A stretch of 64,000 nucleotides of DNA from Clostridium sp. (GTDB taxonomy: Bacteria; Bacillota; Clostridia; Clostridiales; Clostridiaceae), in the NCBI RefSeq assembly GCF_029258205.1, contig NZ_JARHZJ010000004.1, positions 21,494 through 85,493 of the forward strand. The letters are read 5' to 3'. Of the stretch, positions 1 through 10,429 are shown in pieces. Below the pieces are notes generated by a model. The model had not been told where the DNA came from. It saw nothing but the letters and a program-made list of their open reading frames with translations, and did not search any database. Positions within the stretch are counted from its first letter, which is position 1. Each line of letters starts with the position of its first letter. The position numbers were made by a program, and so were the translations under genes.

Positions 1-73
1 ATGTAAGAATAATAGAAATACTTTACGAAATTAAGTAATTCTTTGATTCTAGTAAAAAATAATACGCTAAATA

Positions 74-2716
74 TTATTGTAAAGCTTGTATTCTTTCTAG
101 AACAGCCTCTAACATTTCTTTATATTTAACACCTTTTTCTCTTTCTTCATTAACAACAGCCTCTGGTGCTTTGCTTACGAATCTTTCATTAGAAAGCTTC
201 TTCTCAACTCTTAAGATTTCTCCCTCAAGTTTAGTTTTCTCTTTATTTAATCTTTCTAATTCTTTTTCTCTATCAACTAAGTCAAGTAATGGTAAGAATA
301 ATTCTCCACCCTTAACAACTACTGATACTAAGTTATTATCTAAGTTATCTTTATTATCTAAGAAAGTAACTTCTGATGCAGATGCAAGCTTTTCTAAGTA
401 AGCTCCACCATTTATGAATGCATCTTTAGCCTCCTCTGAAGCATAAGCCATAACCTTAGCTTTTCTTGAAGGTGGTACATTCATTTCAGCTCTTAAGTTT
501 CTTAATGATTTTATAGCTTCCATTATGAATGTCATGTCCTTCTCAGCTTTTTCGTTATTTAAAGCTTCATCATATTCTGGCCAAGTAGCTATTGTAATTG
601 ATTCAGTTTCTGTACTTAAGTGAGTATATATTTCTTCTGTTATGAAAGGCATTACTGGATGTAATAATTTTAATCCTGTATTTAATACAGTATAAAGCAC
701 ATTAAATACTACTCCCTTAGCTTTTTCATCATCACCATATAATACTGGTTTAACTAATTCTATATAGTAATCACAGAACTCTGTCCATAAGAAATCATGT
801 ACTTTTTGAAGAGCTATTCCTAACTCATATTTTTCCATGTTTTCTGTAACTTCTTTGATTAATGAGTTCATTCTTGATAATATCCATTGATCTGCTAAGC
901 TATATTCTTTACAGTCTTTGTATTTATCCATAAGCTCTCTATCTAAGTTCATCATAACGAATCTTGAAGCATTCCAAATCTTATTAGCAAAGTTTCTTGC
1001 AGCTTCAACTCTTTCAGGAATATATCTTATATCATTTCCTGGAGCATTTCCTGTTACTAACATGAATCTTAATGCATCAGCACCATATTCATCTATAACT
1101 TCTAATGGATCAACACCATTTCCTAAAGACTTACTCATTTTTCTTCCTTGAGCATCTCTTATGATACCGTGAATTAATACTGTATCAAATGGAGTTTCTC
1201 CCATGTTATGGATACCTGAGAATATCATTCTAGCAACCCAGAAGAATATTATATCGTATCCTGTAACCAATGTTGATGTTGGATAGAAGAATTCTAAATC
1301 ATCAGTTCTATCAGGCCATCCTAAAGTTGAGAAAGGCCATAAAGCTGAACTGAACCAAGTGTCTAAAACGTCTTTATCTTGTTCTATGTTCTCTGATCCA
1401 CATTTGCAGCACTTAGTTGGATCTTCTAATTCAACCATTATTTCTCCACAATCTTTGCAGTAGAATACTGGTATTCTGTGACCCCACCATAATTGTCTTG
1501 AAATACACCAATCTTGAATATTTTCCATCCAGTTGAAGTAAGTCTTTTCAAATCTTTCTGGAACAAATTTAGTTCCTTTATTTCTAACAACCTCTATAGC
1601 AGGATCTGCTAATGATTGCATTTTTACATACCATTGTTTTGATATGATTGGCTCTACAACTGTACCACATCTATCATGAGTACCAACATTGTGAGTATGA
1701 GGTTTTATTTTAACTAATAATCCTAACTCTTCTAAATCAGCAACCATTTGTTTTCTAGCTTCATATCTATCTAAGCCTTTATATTTTCCACCCAGGTGGT
1801 TTATTACACCACTATCATCCATAACTCTTATTTGTGGTAAGTTATGTCTCTTACCAACTTCAAAGTCATTAGGATCGTGAGCTGGAGTTATTTTAACTGC
1901 TCCTGTTCCAAATTCTACATCAACATAATCATCAGCGATTACAGGTATTTCTCTATCAGTTAAAGGTAATTTTAACATTTTACCTACTAAGTGAGAATAT
2001 CTTTCATCACTTGGATTAACTGCTACAGCACTATCTCCAAGTAAAGTTTCTGGTCTAGTTGTAGCTATTTCTAAGAATTCATCTGAACCAACTACTGGGT
2101 ATTTAATATGCCAGAAGTTTCCTTCCTTTTCTTCATACTCTATCTCAGCATCTGATAAAGCAGTTTGACACTTAGGACACCAGTTAGTTATTCTGTTTCC
2201 TTGGTATATTAAACCTTCTTTATATAATTTAACGAATACGTGTCTTACAGCCTTACTTAAGTTTTCATCCATTGTGAAAGCTTCTCTTGTAAAGTCAGCT
2301 GAACATCCCATTTTCTTAAGTTGTTCTCTTATTCTTTCTCTATATTCATCTGTCCATTCCCAAACTTTTTCTAAGAAAGCTTCTCTTCCCATTTCTTTCT
2401 TATAAAGACCTTCTTTTAAAAGTTCATTTTCAACTTTAACCTCAGTTGCTATACTAGCATGGTCTTGTCCTGGTAACCATAAAGTGCAATATCCTTGCAT
2501 TCTCTTAAATCTTATAAGCATATCTTGAAGTGTATTATCAAGTGCATGACCTAAATGTAATTTACCAGTTATATTTGGCGGTGGCATTATTATAGTATAA
2601 GGTTTTTTACTCTTATCTACTACAGGAGTAAAATACTTCTTTTCTTGCCAATTGCTATAAAGTCTTTCTTCAAACTCTTTAGGATTATACGTTGTAGAAA
2701 TATTCTTATTATCCAT
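74..2716 (-). CDS. valS: Valine--tRNA ligase (class I aaRS)
   Basis: 890-aa ORF with HIGH-type motif [11 protein letters not shown] and KMSKS. Start moved to ATG at 2716 (MDNKNIST), which follows AGGAGG. T-box leader lies upstream. Confidence 0.96.
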   Translation of the reverse strand: MDNKNISTTYNPKEFEERLYSNWQEKKYFTPVVDKSKKPYTIIMPPPNITGKLHLGHALDNTLQDMLIRFKRMQGYCTLWLPGQDHASIATEVKVENELLKEGLYKKEMGREAFLEKVWEWTDEYRERIREQLKKMGCSADFTREAFTMDENLSKAVRHVFVKLYKEGLIYQGNRITNWCPKCQTALSDAEIEYEEKEGNFWHIKYPVVGSDEFLEIATTRPETLLGDSAVAVNPSDERYSHLVGKMLKLPLTDREIPVIADDYVDVEFGTGAVKITPAHDPNDFEVGKRHNLPQIRVMDDSGVINHLGGKYKGLDRYEARKQMVADLEELGLLVKIKPHTHNVGTHDRCGTVVEPIISKQWYVKMQSLADPAIEVVRNKGTKFVPERFEKTYFNWMENIQDWCISRQLWWGHRIPVFYCKDCGEIMVELEDPTKCCKCGSENIEQDKDVLDTWFSSALWPFSTLGWPDRTDDLEFFYPTSTLVTGYDIIFFWVARMIFSGIHNMGETPFDTVLIHGIIRDAQGRKMSKSLGNGVDPLEVIDEYGADALRFMLVTGNAPGNDIRYIPERVEAARNFANKIWNASRFVMMNLDRELMDKYKDCKEYSLADQWILSRMNSLIKEVTENMEKYELGIALQKVHDFLWTEFCDYYIELVKPVLYGDDEKAKGVVFNVLYTVLNTGLKLLHPVMPFITEEIYTHLSTETESITIATWPEYDEALNNEKAEKDMTFIMEAIKSLRNLRAEMNVPPSRKAKVMAYASEEAKDAFINGGAYLEKLASASEVTFLDNKDNLDNNLVSVVVKGGELFLPLLDLVDREKELERLNKEKTKLEGEILRVEKKLSNERFVSKAPEAVVNEEREKGVKYKEMLEAVLERIQALQ

Positions 2717-2931
2717 TAGACTTACCTCCTTAAAACTTAAACACAATTTTATGTATTTATTTAAAACATTCCAAAAGCTATCTTGAAATGCCTTTTAACA
2801 ATTATTTTTATTTATAATCTATTTTAAATGAATATTTATTTTAGTTAGCCATTTAGATTTATATTAAAATTCTATATAGAAACAAACACTAATTTAAAAT
2901 ATTCCTTTATCTTAAAGTGGTTTTAAGCAAT

Positions 2932-3165
2932 AAAAAAAGCCTCCATCCACAAAAGGACGAAAACTCGCGGTACCACCTTTTTTCTCTCATAATAAGAGCT
3001 CTCTAAAATTAACGACTGAATTTGCCGTCTTTGATTACTTTAATAATTTCACCAAAGAAACTCAAAAGCTACCTTCAAGATATCAAACTTAGAAATCTTC
3101 CACCCAAGGATTTCCTCTCTGAAAGCTCTTCCTATCTTTACTCCTCTTTATCACTGTTTGTATAA
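2932..3165 (-). promoter_or_regulatory. T-box leader riboswitch (Val specifier) with terminator/U-run
   Basis: Minus strand reads AGAGAGG..GGGTGG (stem I boxes) and GAAG-GUA-G in the specifier context (GTA = + strand 3070..3072). The conserved T-box GGTGGTACCGCG is at + 2966..2977, followed by a GC-rich segment and TTTTTTT (2932..2940). Confidence 0.85.
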
Positions 3166-3186
3166 TCATTTAAATTATAGATATAT

Positions 3187-3214
3187 CTTATACTATTATT
3201 TTAACATATGTCAA
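3187..3214 (-). promoter_or_regulatory. Putative sigma-A promoter for the valS leader
   Basis: Minus strand has TTGACA (3209..3214), a 16-nt spacer and TATAAG (3187..3192), just upstream of the T-box leader. Confidence 0.4.
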
Positions 3215-3372
3215 GTAACTCTAATCAAATATAATATAAATTTATAATATTTTTAGTCTTAAATATAATCATATAATTTACGCATTGATCAAATTATTCA
3301 ATATTTTCAATCTGTGAATATAATCCCAAAATAAGTTAATAATTAAAATAGATATTATTTAGGAGGTCAAAA

Positions 3373-3723
3373 ATGAGTAACTTTTCTAAAGGTAATGAAT
3401 TATACAATACTAGAAATTATTCTGACGCTATAAATTATTATAAAAAGGCTTTAGATAATGATGAGTGTAAATGCCATAGTTACTATAACGCTGGTGTTTG
3501 CTATATTAAACTAAATCAATATGAAAAAGCTATTGAAATGATAACTAAAGCTTTAGATCTATACCAAGATTCAAAATATTTTTTCAACTTAGCTTATTGT
3601 TATTCAATGACAAATAATACTTCTAAAGCTTTAAGATATTTTAATCTAGCTTGGGCATTAGACAATGCAGATAATGATTGTGAAAAAGCTATAAGTTTAA
3701 TTTTATCAAAAATCTCAAAATAA
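3373..3723 (+). CDS. Small TPR-repeat protein
   Basis: 116-aa ORF with AGGAGG 6 nt upstream. Repeated Y..A...Y.KAL patterns typical of TPR units. Confidence 0.7.
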   Translation: MSNFSKGNELYNTRNYSDAINYYKKALDNDECKCHSYYNAGVCYIKLNQYEKAIEMITKALDLYQDSKYFFNLAYCYSMTNNTSKALRYFNLAWALDNADNDCEKAISLILSKISK

Positions 3724-3822
3724 AATTTATAACACACTTAATCCCCATTTATAATTAAAATTACATAAGTAAAAGTTCGATTTTAAAAAATATATAAAAA
3801 ATCTAATCTCCCCTAAAACTTA

Positions 3823-3888
3823 AATAAAACTTACAAATAATATTAAGATAAATTTAATTCTCTCCAAAATATATTTGTAAGTTTTATT
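3823..3888. terminator. 17-bp perfect inverted repeat between convergent genes (bidirectional terminator-like; palindromic element copy A)
   Basis: AATAAAACTTACAAATA (3823..3839) pairs with TATTTGTAAGTTTTATT (3872..3888) around a 32-nt loop. Confidence 0.6.
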
Positions 3889-3911
3889 GTATTTTCATAT
3901 GGCTTATTATC

Positions 3912-5087
3912 TTACCATTCACCTATTATTTTTCCATCTCTATGTGATTCACTATTTTTTTTGCTATCAAAATAATTTCCTGCTTTACCAAAGGTAGAAT
4001 CAATAGTTATCCACTGATTTTTTTCTGGTAAATAAACCTCATTCCAAGAATGTGGTCCCCATTCCTTTCCATTGAAGCCTTCTCCGGTTACCATTCTAAC
4101 TTTAAGACCTGCTTCTCTTGCCATAGCAACATAAAGACAAGAATAATCAAAGCATATCCCTTCTCTAGTTTCAAAAGCTTCAATAGCTCCAGACTTATAC
4201 TGTGAAGTTTTTTTACTTATATTTTTAGCTTTATCATAATCATAATTAATATTTTCACTTATCCAAGTATATATTTTTTTAGCTTTTTCTCTACTATTTT
4301 TTGTATTTTTAGTAAGTTCCTTAGCTTTTTTATCAATAGCTTCGTTTGATTTTATACCTTGTTCTATAGTTACTCCATTATAAAGATTTATAACATTTTC
4401 ATTACTTTCAACCACTTTTTCATTTATTGGCTCTTTATTAATTTCATCTACAGGATATATACTCTTACTAATAACATCTTTATATTCATCATGAAAAGCT
4501 TCATATTCTTTGTTTAAAGCAGCATAGTACTTATTACTATTTATAATCTCATATGCCTTTGAAGTTAAAGTTAAGCCTTCCATTTTCTCTCCTAAGAAAC
4601 CATTGCTTCCTAGAATAACAATAACTAAAGCAATTACTGCCATATAAAAAAGAGACTTTGGTATGTTTATTATTAAAGCTGCAACTTTTCCAAATCCCTT
4701 ACCACTTCTAGACTCTTCTTTCTTTAACCATCTTAGTATTGGATTTAAAATAATAAAATTAAATATTTTAAGTATAATTTTTACTATAAAATAAATTACA
4801 AGCGTAAGAGCTAATACTATTAATATCATTATAACCTGCGGTGAAATATTAAAATTAGATATAATATTATTGAATTCAACAACTGCAATTGAAAACATCC
4901 TCTCTATTATATCTATCTTTTTTATAGCTATAAAACTTAAGTATAAAGCAAGAAAAAATGATATATATCCTCCCAATTCTTCTATGCTCTTTTTTATTCT
5001 AATAATATTAAACTTTCTTTTGTAAGCAACTACTAATGGCAGTATAAAAGAACAAACTATAATTATATCTACTAAGTTAAAATTCAT
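3912..5087 (-). CDS. Membrane protein with C-terminal transglutaminase-like (cysteine protease fold) domain
   Basis: Hydrophobic N-terminal half. C-terminal REGICFDYSCLYVAMAREAGL..GPHSWNEVY matches the transglutaminase-core Cys/His signature. Confidence 0.8.
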   Translation of the reverse strand: MNFNLVDIIIVCSFILPLVVAYKRKFNIIRIKKSIEELGGYISFFLALYLSFIAIKKIDIIERMFSIAVVEFNNIISNFNISPQVIMILIVLALTLVIYFIVKIILKIFNFIILNPILRWLKKEESRSGKGFGKVAALIINIPKSLFYMAVIALVIVILGSNGFLGEKMEGLTLTSKAYEIINSNKYYAALNKEYEAFHDEYKDVISKSIYPVDEINKEPINEKVVESNENVINLYNGVTIEQGIKSNEAIDKKAKELTKNTKNSREKAKKIYTWISENINYDYDKAKNISKKTSQYKSGAIEAFETREGICFDYSCLYVAMAREAGLKVRMVTGEGFNGKEWGPHSWNEVYLPEKNQWITIDSTFGKAGNYFDSKKNSESHRDGKIIGEW

Positions 5088-5092
5088 TTTAT

Positions 5093-5731
5093 CTACTCCA
5101 TATATTCATTATTTGTTAAGCTTCTAACTATGCTATTACAGCAGTCGTAATCATATCCTTTAGATAAAAGAAATCTAAATAATTTTTGAGATAATTTATA
5201 TTTATCATTTTCTTTTTTCTTTAGTATATTATATTTCTTTTCTGCTAATTTAAAAGCAGTATGATTTTCATCCTCTGAGTCAATATTAGATAATTTATCT
5301 AAAAGTATATCTTCACTAATACCTTTTTTTATAAGAGCATATTTTATTTTATTTCTTCCTTGGCTTTTAAGCCTATCCTTTATATACATCTCTGCATATT
5401 TTTCATCATTTAAAAGATTATATTCCTTTAAAAATTCTATAGCTCTTTTAATTGTATCCTCTTCAAAACCTCTTTCAATAAGTTTATCTCTTAATTCCTT
5501 TTCTGTTTTATAGGTTTTTTCAACTGTTCTAAGTGCTGAATTTTTACATTTTATGAATTCATCTTCTTTTACAAATTCCTTGATTGCTTCAACATCTATT
5601 GCAAAATCCTTTTGTATTCCTTGCTTATATATAAGTTCAGCATCACAAGCAAAGGTAAAAACTTCATCCACATAAACATTTACTCTATTTACATTTCTCT
5701 TTTGAACTTCTATACTTGTTATTTTTCCCAT
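5093..5731 (-). CDS. recX: RecA regulator RecX
   Basis: 212-aa ORF with the repeated three-helix RecX pattern (..[10 protein letters not shown].., ..[11 protein letters not shown].., ..[12 protein letters not shown]). Confidence 0.8.
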   Translation of the reverse strand: MGKITSIEVQKRNVNRVNVYVDEVFTFACDAELIYKQGIQKDFAIDVEAIKEFVKEDEFIKCKNSALRTVEKTYKTEKELRDKLIERGFEEDTIKRAIEFLKEYNLLNDEKYAEMYIKDRLKSQGRNKIKYALIKKGISEDILLDKLSNIDSEDENHTAFKLAEKKYNILKKKENDKYKLSQKLFRFLLSKGYDYDCCNSIVRSLTNNEYME

Positions 5732-5736
5732 TTTAT

Positions 5737-6981
5737 CTACTCCATTGGTTTTAATATGTGTATAGTCGGATTATTCAAGTATTTATTACAAACCCTATAT
5801 ATATCCTCACCAGTTAAAGACTCTAATTCTTCCATGCTATTTATAAACTCAGTTATATCTTTTCCTGCTAAACTTTGAACTAATACATAACTACATAAAC
5901 TGCTACAATCTTCTAATGTGGAAACTACCCCTGTCTTATGAGTCTTTTTCATCATACAAAGCATATCTTCATCAAAGTTTATATTCTTATTTTTTATGTC
6001 TAATATAGCTTTGTCTATTACTTCTATCACCTCATCTATGGATTCTTCTCTAACTGATGTAAAAATATTCATTGTATTTACATTTTCATCTAAATCCATT
6101 TGACTATATACATCATAGGCTAATCCACGCTCTTCCCTAAGCTCTCTAAATAATATTGAATTTGAACTTTCAGCTAGCTTATAACTTAATATTTTTAATG
6201 GAAGTTTATCTTTTTCCTCAACCTCTTTAAATGCATAGAGATAAGTAACAGTTCCCTGCTCTATTTGAGATTTGTAAGTTGTTTTTATTAACTCTTTATT
6301 TTTTTCCTTTATTATTTTAGCTTTTTCACATAATTTTCCTTTCCATTTTCCAAATAAGTTTGTTATTATCTTTTGCATTTGATCATGACTAAAAGCACTT
6401 ACAGTTACAATAACACAATTGTCAGGAGTATAATATTTTTTATAAAAATCATAAACCTCCTTTCTTTTAAATCCCTTAACATGTTCTTCAGTTCCTGCAA
6501 TAGAATTTTTAAGTGCTGATTTATCAAAAGCATATTCATGAGTTCTGCTAATACTTAAATCTTCAATATCATCCTTATCACTTTTTATTTCTGATAAAAC
6601 AACACCCTTTTCTTTTTTCATTTCTTTTTCATCAAAAGAAGAATTTAAAACCATGTCACTTAAAAGTTCTATTCCCTTTTCAAATTCCTCATCTAGACAA
6701 GTAATGCTATATACTGTTGAAATGTAATCTGTATAAGCATTATAATCTCCACCTAAAAATTCTAATTCTCTATTTAATTGTTCATTACTTCTCTTCTTTG
6801 TTCCTTTAAAAAGCATGTGCTCAACAAAATGGCTCATACCTAATTCTTTTTTATCTTCATATAAAGATCCTATATTAAATCCAATATTTATAGATGCTAA
6901 CCTTGTATCTTTTTTTATTGTTATAACTTTTAACCCATTGGGTAAAATTATGGTATTTTCATCAAATGTCCACCTTTTCAT
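5737..6981 (-). CDS. M16 family (pitrilysin/insulinase-like) zinc peptidase
   Basis: 414-aa ORF with the inverted zinc motif [11 protein letters not shown] (HxxEH). Confidence 0.88.
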   Translation of the reverse strand: MKRWTFDENTIILPNGLKVITIKKDTRLASINIGFNIGSLYEDKKELGMSHFVEHMLFKGTKKRSNEQLNRELEFLGGDYNAYTDYISTVYSITCLDEEFEKGIELLSDMVLNSSFDEKEMKKEKGVVLSEIKSDKDDIEDLSISRTHEYAFDKSALKNSIAGTEEHVKGFKRKEVYDFYKKYYTPDNCVIVTVSAFSHDQMQKIITNLFGKWKGKLCEKAKIIKEKNKELIKTTYKSQIEQGTVTYLYAFKEVEEKDKLPLKILSYKLAESSNSILFRELREERGLAYDVYSQMDLDENVNTMNIFTSVREESIDEVIEVIDKAILDIKNKNINFDEDMLCMMKKTHKTGVVSTLEDCSSLCSYVLVQSLAGKDITEFINSMEELESLTGEDIYRVCNKYLNNPTIHILKPME

Positions 6982-7075
6982 TAAAAACTCCTCTAAAATT
7001 ATTTATATAAACCTTAGTTTTCATTGTATAATATTAAGTAAGTTAAAACAATATTTTTTAAAGGTTGGTGATTAT

Positions 7076-7747
7076 ATGAATAAAACGGTACTTATTGTAG
7101 AAGATGAAATACGTATAAGATTTCTTGTAAGAGATTACTTCAAGAAAGATGGTTTTAATGTTTTAGAGGCTTCTGATGGTGAAGAAGCTCTTAGGATATT
7201 TTCTGAAAATATAGTTGATTTAGCAATATTAGATATAATGATGCCAAAATTAGATGGTCTTGCTGTTTGTAGAAATATAAGGGAAGTTTCAAATACTCCT
7301 ATAATATTATTAACAGCTAAAAGCCAAGAGGAAGATAAACTTCTTGGCTATGAGCTTGGAGCTGATGACTATATGACTAAACCATTTAGCCCTAAAGTTT
7401 TATTAGCAAAGGCTAAAGCATTATTAAGAAGAACAGGTACATTAAACGATAAAAACATTTTAGATTTCAACGGATTAACAATAAATAAATTATCTCATGA
7501 AGTAAAACTAAATGGAGAAGGACTATTACTATCTCCTAAGGAATATGATTTACTTATTTACCTTTCTTCAAATGAAGGTATAGCTTTATCAAGAGATAGG
7601 ATTCTAGATAATGTTTGGGGATATGATTATTTTGGAGATATAAGAACCGTTGACACTAATATAAAAAGACTTAGAGAAAAATTGCTAGATAAAGCTAATT
7701 ACATAGCTACTGTTAGGGGAAGTGGCTATAAATTTGAGGTGAAATAG
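7076..7747 (+). CDS. OmpR-family response regulator
   Basis: Receiver domain (VLIVEDE.., ILDIMMPKLDG, KPF) plus a winged-helix Trans_reg_C tail (RGSGYKF). Start set to ATG 7076 (MNKTVLIV); the longer track ORF overlaps the divergent peptidase gene. Confidence 0.93.
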   Translation: MNKTVLIVEDEIRIRFLVRDYFKKDGFNVLEASDGEEALRIFSENIVDLAILDIMMPKLDGLAVCRNIREVSNTPIILLTAKSQEEDKLLGYELGADDYMTKPFSPKVLLAKAKALLRRTGTLNDKNILDFNGLTINKLSHEVKLNGEGLLLSPKEYDLLIYLSSNEGIALSRDRILDNVWGYDYFGDIRTVDTNIKRLREKLLDKANYIATVRGSGYKFEVK

Positions 7748-9270
7748 TGAAAAAAAGTATTTCAAAACGACTATTTATTATAACCTTTGGTATAATATTA
7801 TTTTTAACACTATTCACCATGATTTTTCAAATGACATTTTTTCAAGAATTTTATTTTAAAAGAAAAAGTGATGATTTAAGCAATGCAGTTTTAAAATTTA
7901 GAGCTTTATATTCTTATGACATAAAAAATACTGACTCTTTATATAGAGCTTTAAGCCTTTTTGAGCTTGAAAACAACTCTAAAATAGGAATTTACTCTAT
8001 AGACAGTACTCCAAAATATGTGCCTGATCCAGCTAACAAAAATTCAGAAGCTTTTGATTTATTAAACGATATTTTCAATGAGTTATATAGTGACCCAGAT
8101 TTTGCAAAAACCTTATTAAATTCAAACTCTGGGGTAACTACAGACTTTAAAAGTAGAAAATACTCAACAAAATATATTGTTTATATGGTTCCATTTTCCC
8201 TTAATTCTAAGAATGATTCTATTATTATAGCAATAACATCATTCCAACCAATTGAAGAAGCAAGTGCCTTAATAAAAGATTTTTACAAATATATAATTCT
8301 TATAGTAATAGTAATTGGATTGATTTTATCTTATGTATTTTCAAATTTAATTTCCAAGCCTCTAGTTAAATTAAATAAATCTGCAAAGAAAATGAGTGCT
8401 ATGGACTTTTCTGAAAAGTGTAATATAGAACGTGAAGATGAAATAGGCAATCTAGCTAAAACTTTAAACTTTCTATCTAAAAATCTATCTAATGCCTTAG
8501 ATGATTTAAAAATAAAAAATAAAAAATTAGAAGAAGATATAGAAAAGGAAAGAGAATTAGAAAAACTTAGAAAAGACTTTATTGCTGGAGCATCTCATGA
8601 ACTTAAAACTCCTATTGGTATAATATCTGGATATGCTGAAGGAATAAAAGACGGTATAGTTGATTATAAAGATCAAGGAGTTTATTTAGATATAATAATA
8701 GATGAAGCAGAAAAAATGAACAAATTAGTTATGGATATGCTTGAACTTTCAAAACTTGAATCTGGGAAAATTGATTTACATACCATAGATTTTTCTCTTA
8801 CTGAACTTACTGAGGAAGTTCTAGTAAAAAATTCTGTTGATATTAACAAAAATAATTTAACTGTAATAAAAAATTACTCTCTTAATGAAGATTTATATGT
8901 TCACGGAGATGACTTTAAAATAGAACAGGTCCTAACTAATTTTGTTACAAATGCTATAAAATACTCTGAACCTAATAATAAAATAATAATAGATATAAAA
9001 CCAGTTGAAGAAGATAAAATTTACTTCTCAATTGAAAACACCGGTGTCCATATTCCTGATTCAGATATAAATAAGATTTGGACTCAATTTTATAGAGTAG
9101 ATACTTCAAGAAATAGAGGCTCTAGAAGCACAGGACTTGGACTATCCATAGTTAAGAATCTACTTCAAGCTCATGAAAGTGAATTCGGAGTTATGAATAC
9201 AGAAAATGGTGTTAAATTCTACTTTACACTAAAAAAATCTAAAGAAATAGATGTAGCAGAAGAAATCTAA
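7747..9270 (+). CDS. Sensor histidine kinase (two TM segments, HAMP, HisKA, HATPase_c)
   Basis: H-box SHELKTP, N-box NAIKYS, G-boxes GLGLSIV. The GTG start overlaps the regulator stop codon (TAGTG). Confidence 0.92.
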   Translation: MKKSISKRLFIITFGIILFLTLFTMIFQMTFFQEFYFKRKSDDLSNAVLKFRALYSYDIKNTDSLYRALSLFELENNSKIGIYSIDSTPKYVPDPANKNSEAFDLLNDIFNELYSDPDFAKTLLNSNSGVTTDFKSRKYSTKYIVYMVPFSLNSKNDSIIIAITSFQPIEEASALIKDFYKYIILIVIVIGLILSYVFSNLISKPLVKLNKSAKKMSAMDFSEKCNIEREDEIGNLAKTLNFLSKNLSNALDDLKIKNKKLEEDIEKERELEKLRKDFIAGASHELKTPIGIISGYAEGIKDGIVDYKDQGVYLDIIIDEAEKMNKLVMDMLELSKLESGKIDLHTIDFSLTELTEEVLVKNSVDINKNNLTVIKNYSLNEDLYVHGDDFKIEQVLTNFVTNAIKYSEPNNKIIIDIKPVEEDKIYFSIENTGVHIPDSDINKIWTQFYRVDTSRNRGSRSTGLGLSIVKNLLQAHESEFGVMNTENGVKFYFTLKKSKEIDVAEEI

Positions 9271-9294
9271 ATGTCATGTATCAAAGTAATTTTT

Positions 9295-9493
9295 AATAAA
9301 GCTTACAAACACATTCCAACAATTACCATATTACGCTAATAATTTACAATTATTACTCCGAAGATATCACTAAAGTTTAGAAACTTGCTACGCTTCAAAC
9401 AGTCTAAGCTTTTTAATGTGATATCTTCTAAATAATAATTTAAATTCTAAACCTCATCTATATATTCTCTTCATATTGTTTGTAGGCTTTATT
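9295..9493 (+). repeat. ~200-nt nested inverted-repeat element (palindromic element copy C, expanded); possible structured RNA or complex terminator
   Basis: Outer arms 9295..9311/9477..9493 (17 bp, one U-G). Inner stems 9360..9370/9418..9428 (11 bp, perfect) and 9372..9381/9403..9412 (10 bp, one U-G). Confidence 0.6.
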
Positions 9494-9521
9494 ATATTTT
9501 TATACAGAATCTTTTAATTTT

Positions 9522-10268
9522 TTAAAGCATTCCACCATCTACAGTCAATATTTGCCCTGTTAAGTATGAAGATTCATCTGAAGCTAAAAATTTTGCTACT
9601 CTTCCAATCTCCTCAATTTCGCCAAATCTATTCATAGGTATTTCTTCCTCTAATCCCTCTTTTTCTTCTTTGCTAAGCCATAAATTCATCTCTGTATTTA
9701 TTACACCTGGAGCTATACCATTTACTCTTATACCCCAAGGAGCTATTTCTTTTGATAAGGCTTTAGTAAATAAATTCATTCCTCCTTTAGTAGTTGAATA
9801 TAAAACTTCGCAGGAAGCCCCAACATTTCCCCATATAGATGATATATTTATAATTGATGAATTGCTTGCTTCTCTTAATAAGTCTATAGCATCTCTTGTA
9901 AGCTTCATAGCACCTATTAAGTTAACATTCATAATAGAATCTATTTCTTCATCACTAGAATCCATAAATAATCCTATTTTTGATATCCCAGCATTATTTA
10001 CTAATACATCAAGTTTTCCAAATTTATTTTTAATAGAACTTATTATATTATTTCTCTCATCCTTATTAGCTACATTTCCACCTAAAATCTCTCCTGAACC
10101 ACCTATTTCCTTAATCATATTTAAGGTTTCATTAGCTCCTTCTAAATCATTATTATATCCAACCAAAACAAAAGCTCCTGCCTTTCCAAATTCCTTTGCT
10201 ATCCCTCTTCCAATTCCTTTTGAAGCTCCTGTTATATATACAATCTTGCCTAATAATTTTTTCTCCAT
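9522..10268 (-). CDS. Short-chain dehydrogenase/reductase (FabG-like)
   Basis: TGASKGIGRG cofactor motif, NNAG, and catalytic YSTTK (YxxxK). Confidence 0.9.
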   Translation of the reverse strand: MEKKLLGKIVYITGASKGIGRGIAKEFGKAGAFVLVGYNNDLEGANETLNMIKEIGGSGEILGGNVANKDERNNIISSIKNKFGKLDVLVNNAGISKIGLFMDSSDEEIDSIMNVNLIGAMKLTRDAIDLLREASNSSIINISSIWGNVGASCEVLYSTTKGGMNLFTKALSKEIAPWGIRVNGIAPGVINTEMNLWLSKEEKEGLEEEIPMNRFGEIEEIGRVAKFLASDESSYLTGQILTVDGGML

Positions 10269-10332
10269 TAATACTTCATCCTTTTCTTTACAAATATTAA
10301 AATTCTCAAAAAATTGTATAAAAATAACTTAT

Positions 10333-10390
10333 TAAAACTTATAATTCTTAGCAATCTCTAGTAATTCTCGTAATATATTTATAAGTTTTA
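10333..10390. terminator. Inverted repeat downstream of the dipeptidase gene (palindromic element copy B)
   Basis: TAAAACTTATAA (10333..10344) pairs with TTATAAGTTTTA (10379..10390), followed by a T-run. The right-hand block is near-identical to copy A. Confidence 0.55.
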
Positions 10391-10429
10391 TTTTTTTAAA
10401 GTTTTGATACAACCTATTAATTTATAAGA

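Noticed and set aside
171-1151. Plus-strand ORFs 171..401 and 918..1151 inside valS. The same pattern occurs elsewhere: 9670..10335, 15633..15977, 16251..16571, 25548..25892, 30175..30438, 31378..31644, 35773..36405, 39668..39997, 60516..61172.
   Set aside because: They are antisense shadow ORFs lying wholly inside well-supported conserved CDSs. Their Ser/Leu/Phe/Ile-rich translations are typical of the reverse frame of AT-rich genes, and they have no SD sequences.
6815-7075. 87-aa N-terminal extension of the response-regulator ORF.
   Set aside because: It overlaps the 5' end of the divergent M16 peptidase gene and has no receiver-domain similarity. The canonical MNKTVLIVEDE start at 7076 lies downstream of a G-rich SD-like GGTTGGTG.
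9271-9339. 22-aa ORF (MSCIKVIFNKAYKHIPTITILR) starting right after the HK stop codon.
   Set aside because: It has no convincing SD, and it runs through the left arm of the palindromic element. It is more likely non-coding.
9295-10390. Palindromic elements flanking the SDR gene, considered as integron attC-like cassette boundaries.
   Set aside because: There is no integrase gene in the window and no recognisable GTTRRRY core sites at the arms. All neighbouring genes are ordinary core genes, so a REP/terminator-like repeat family is the more conservative reading.
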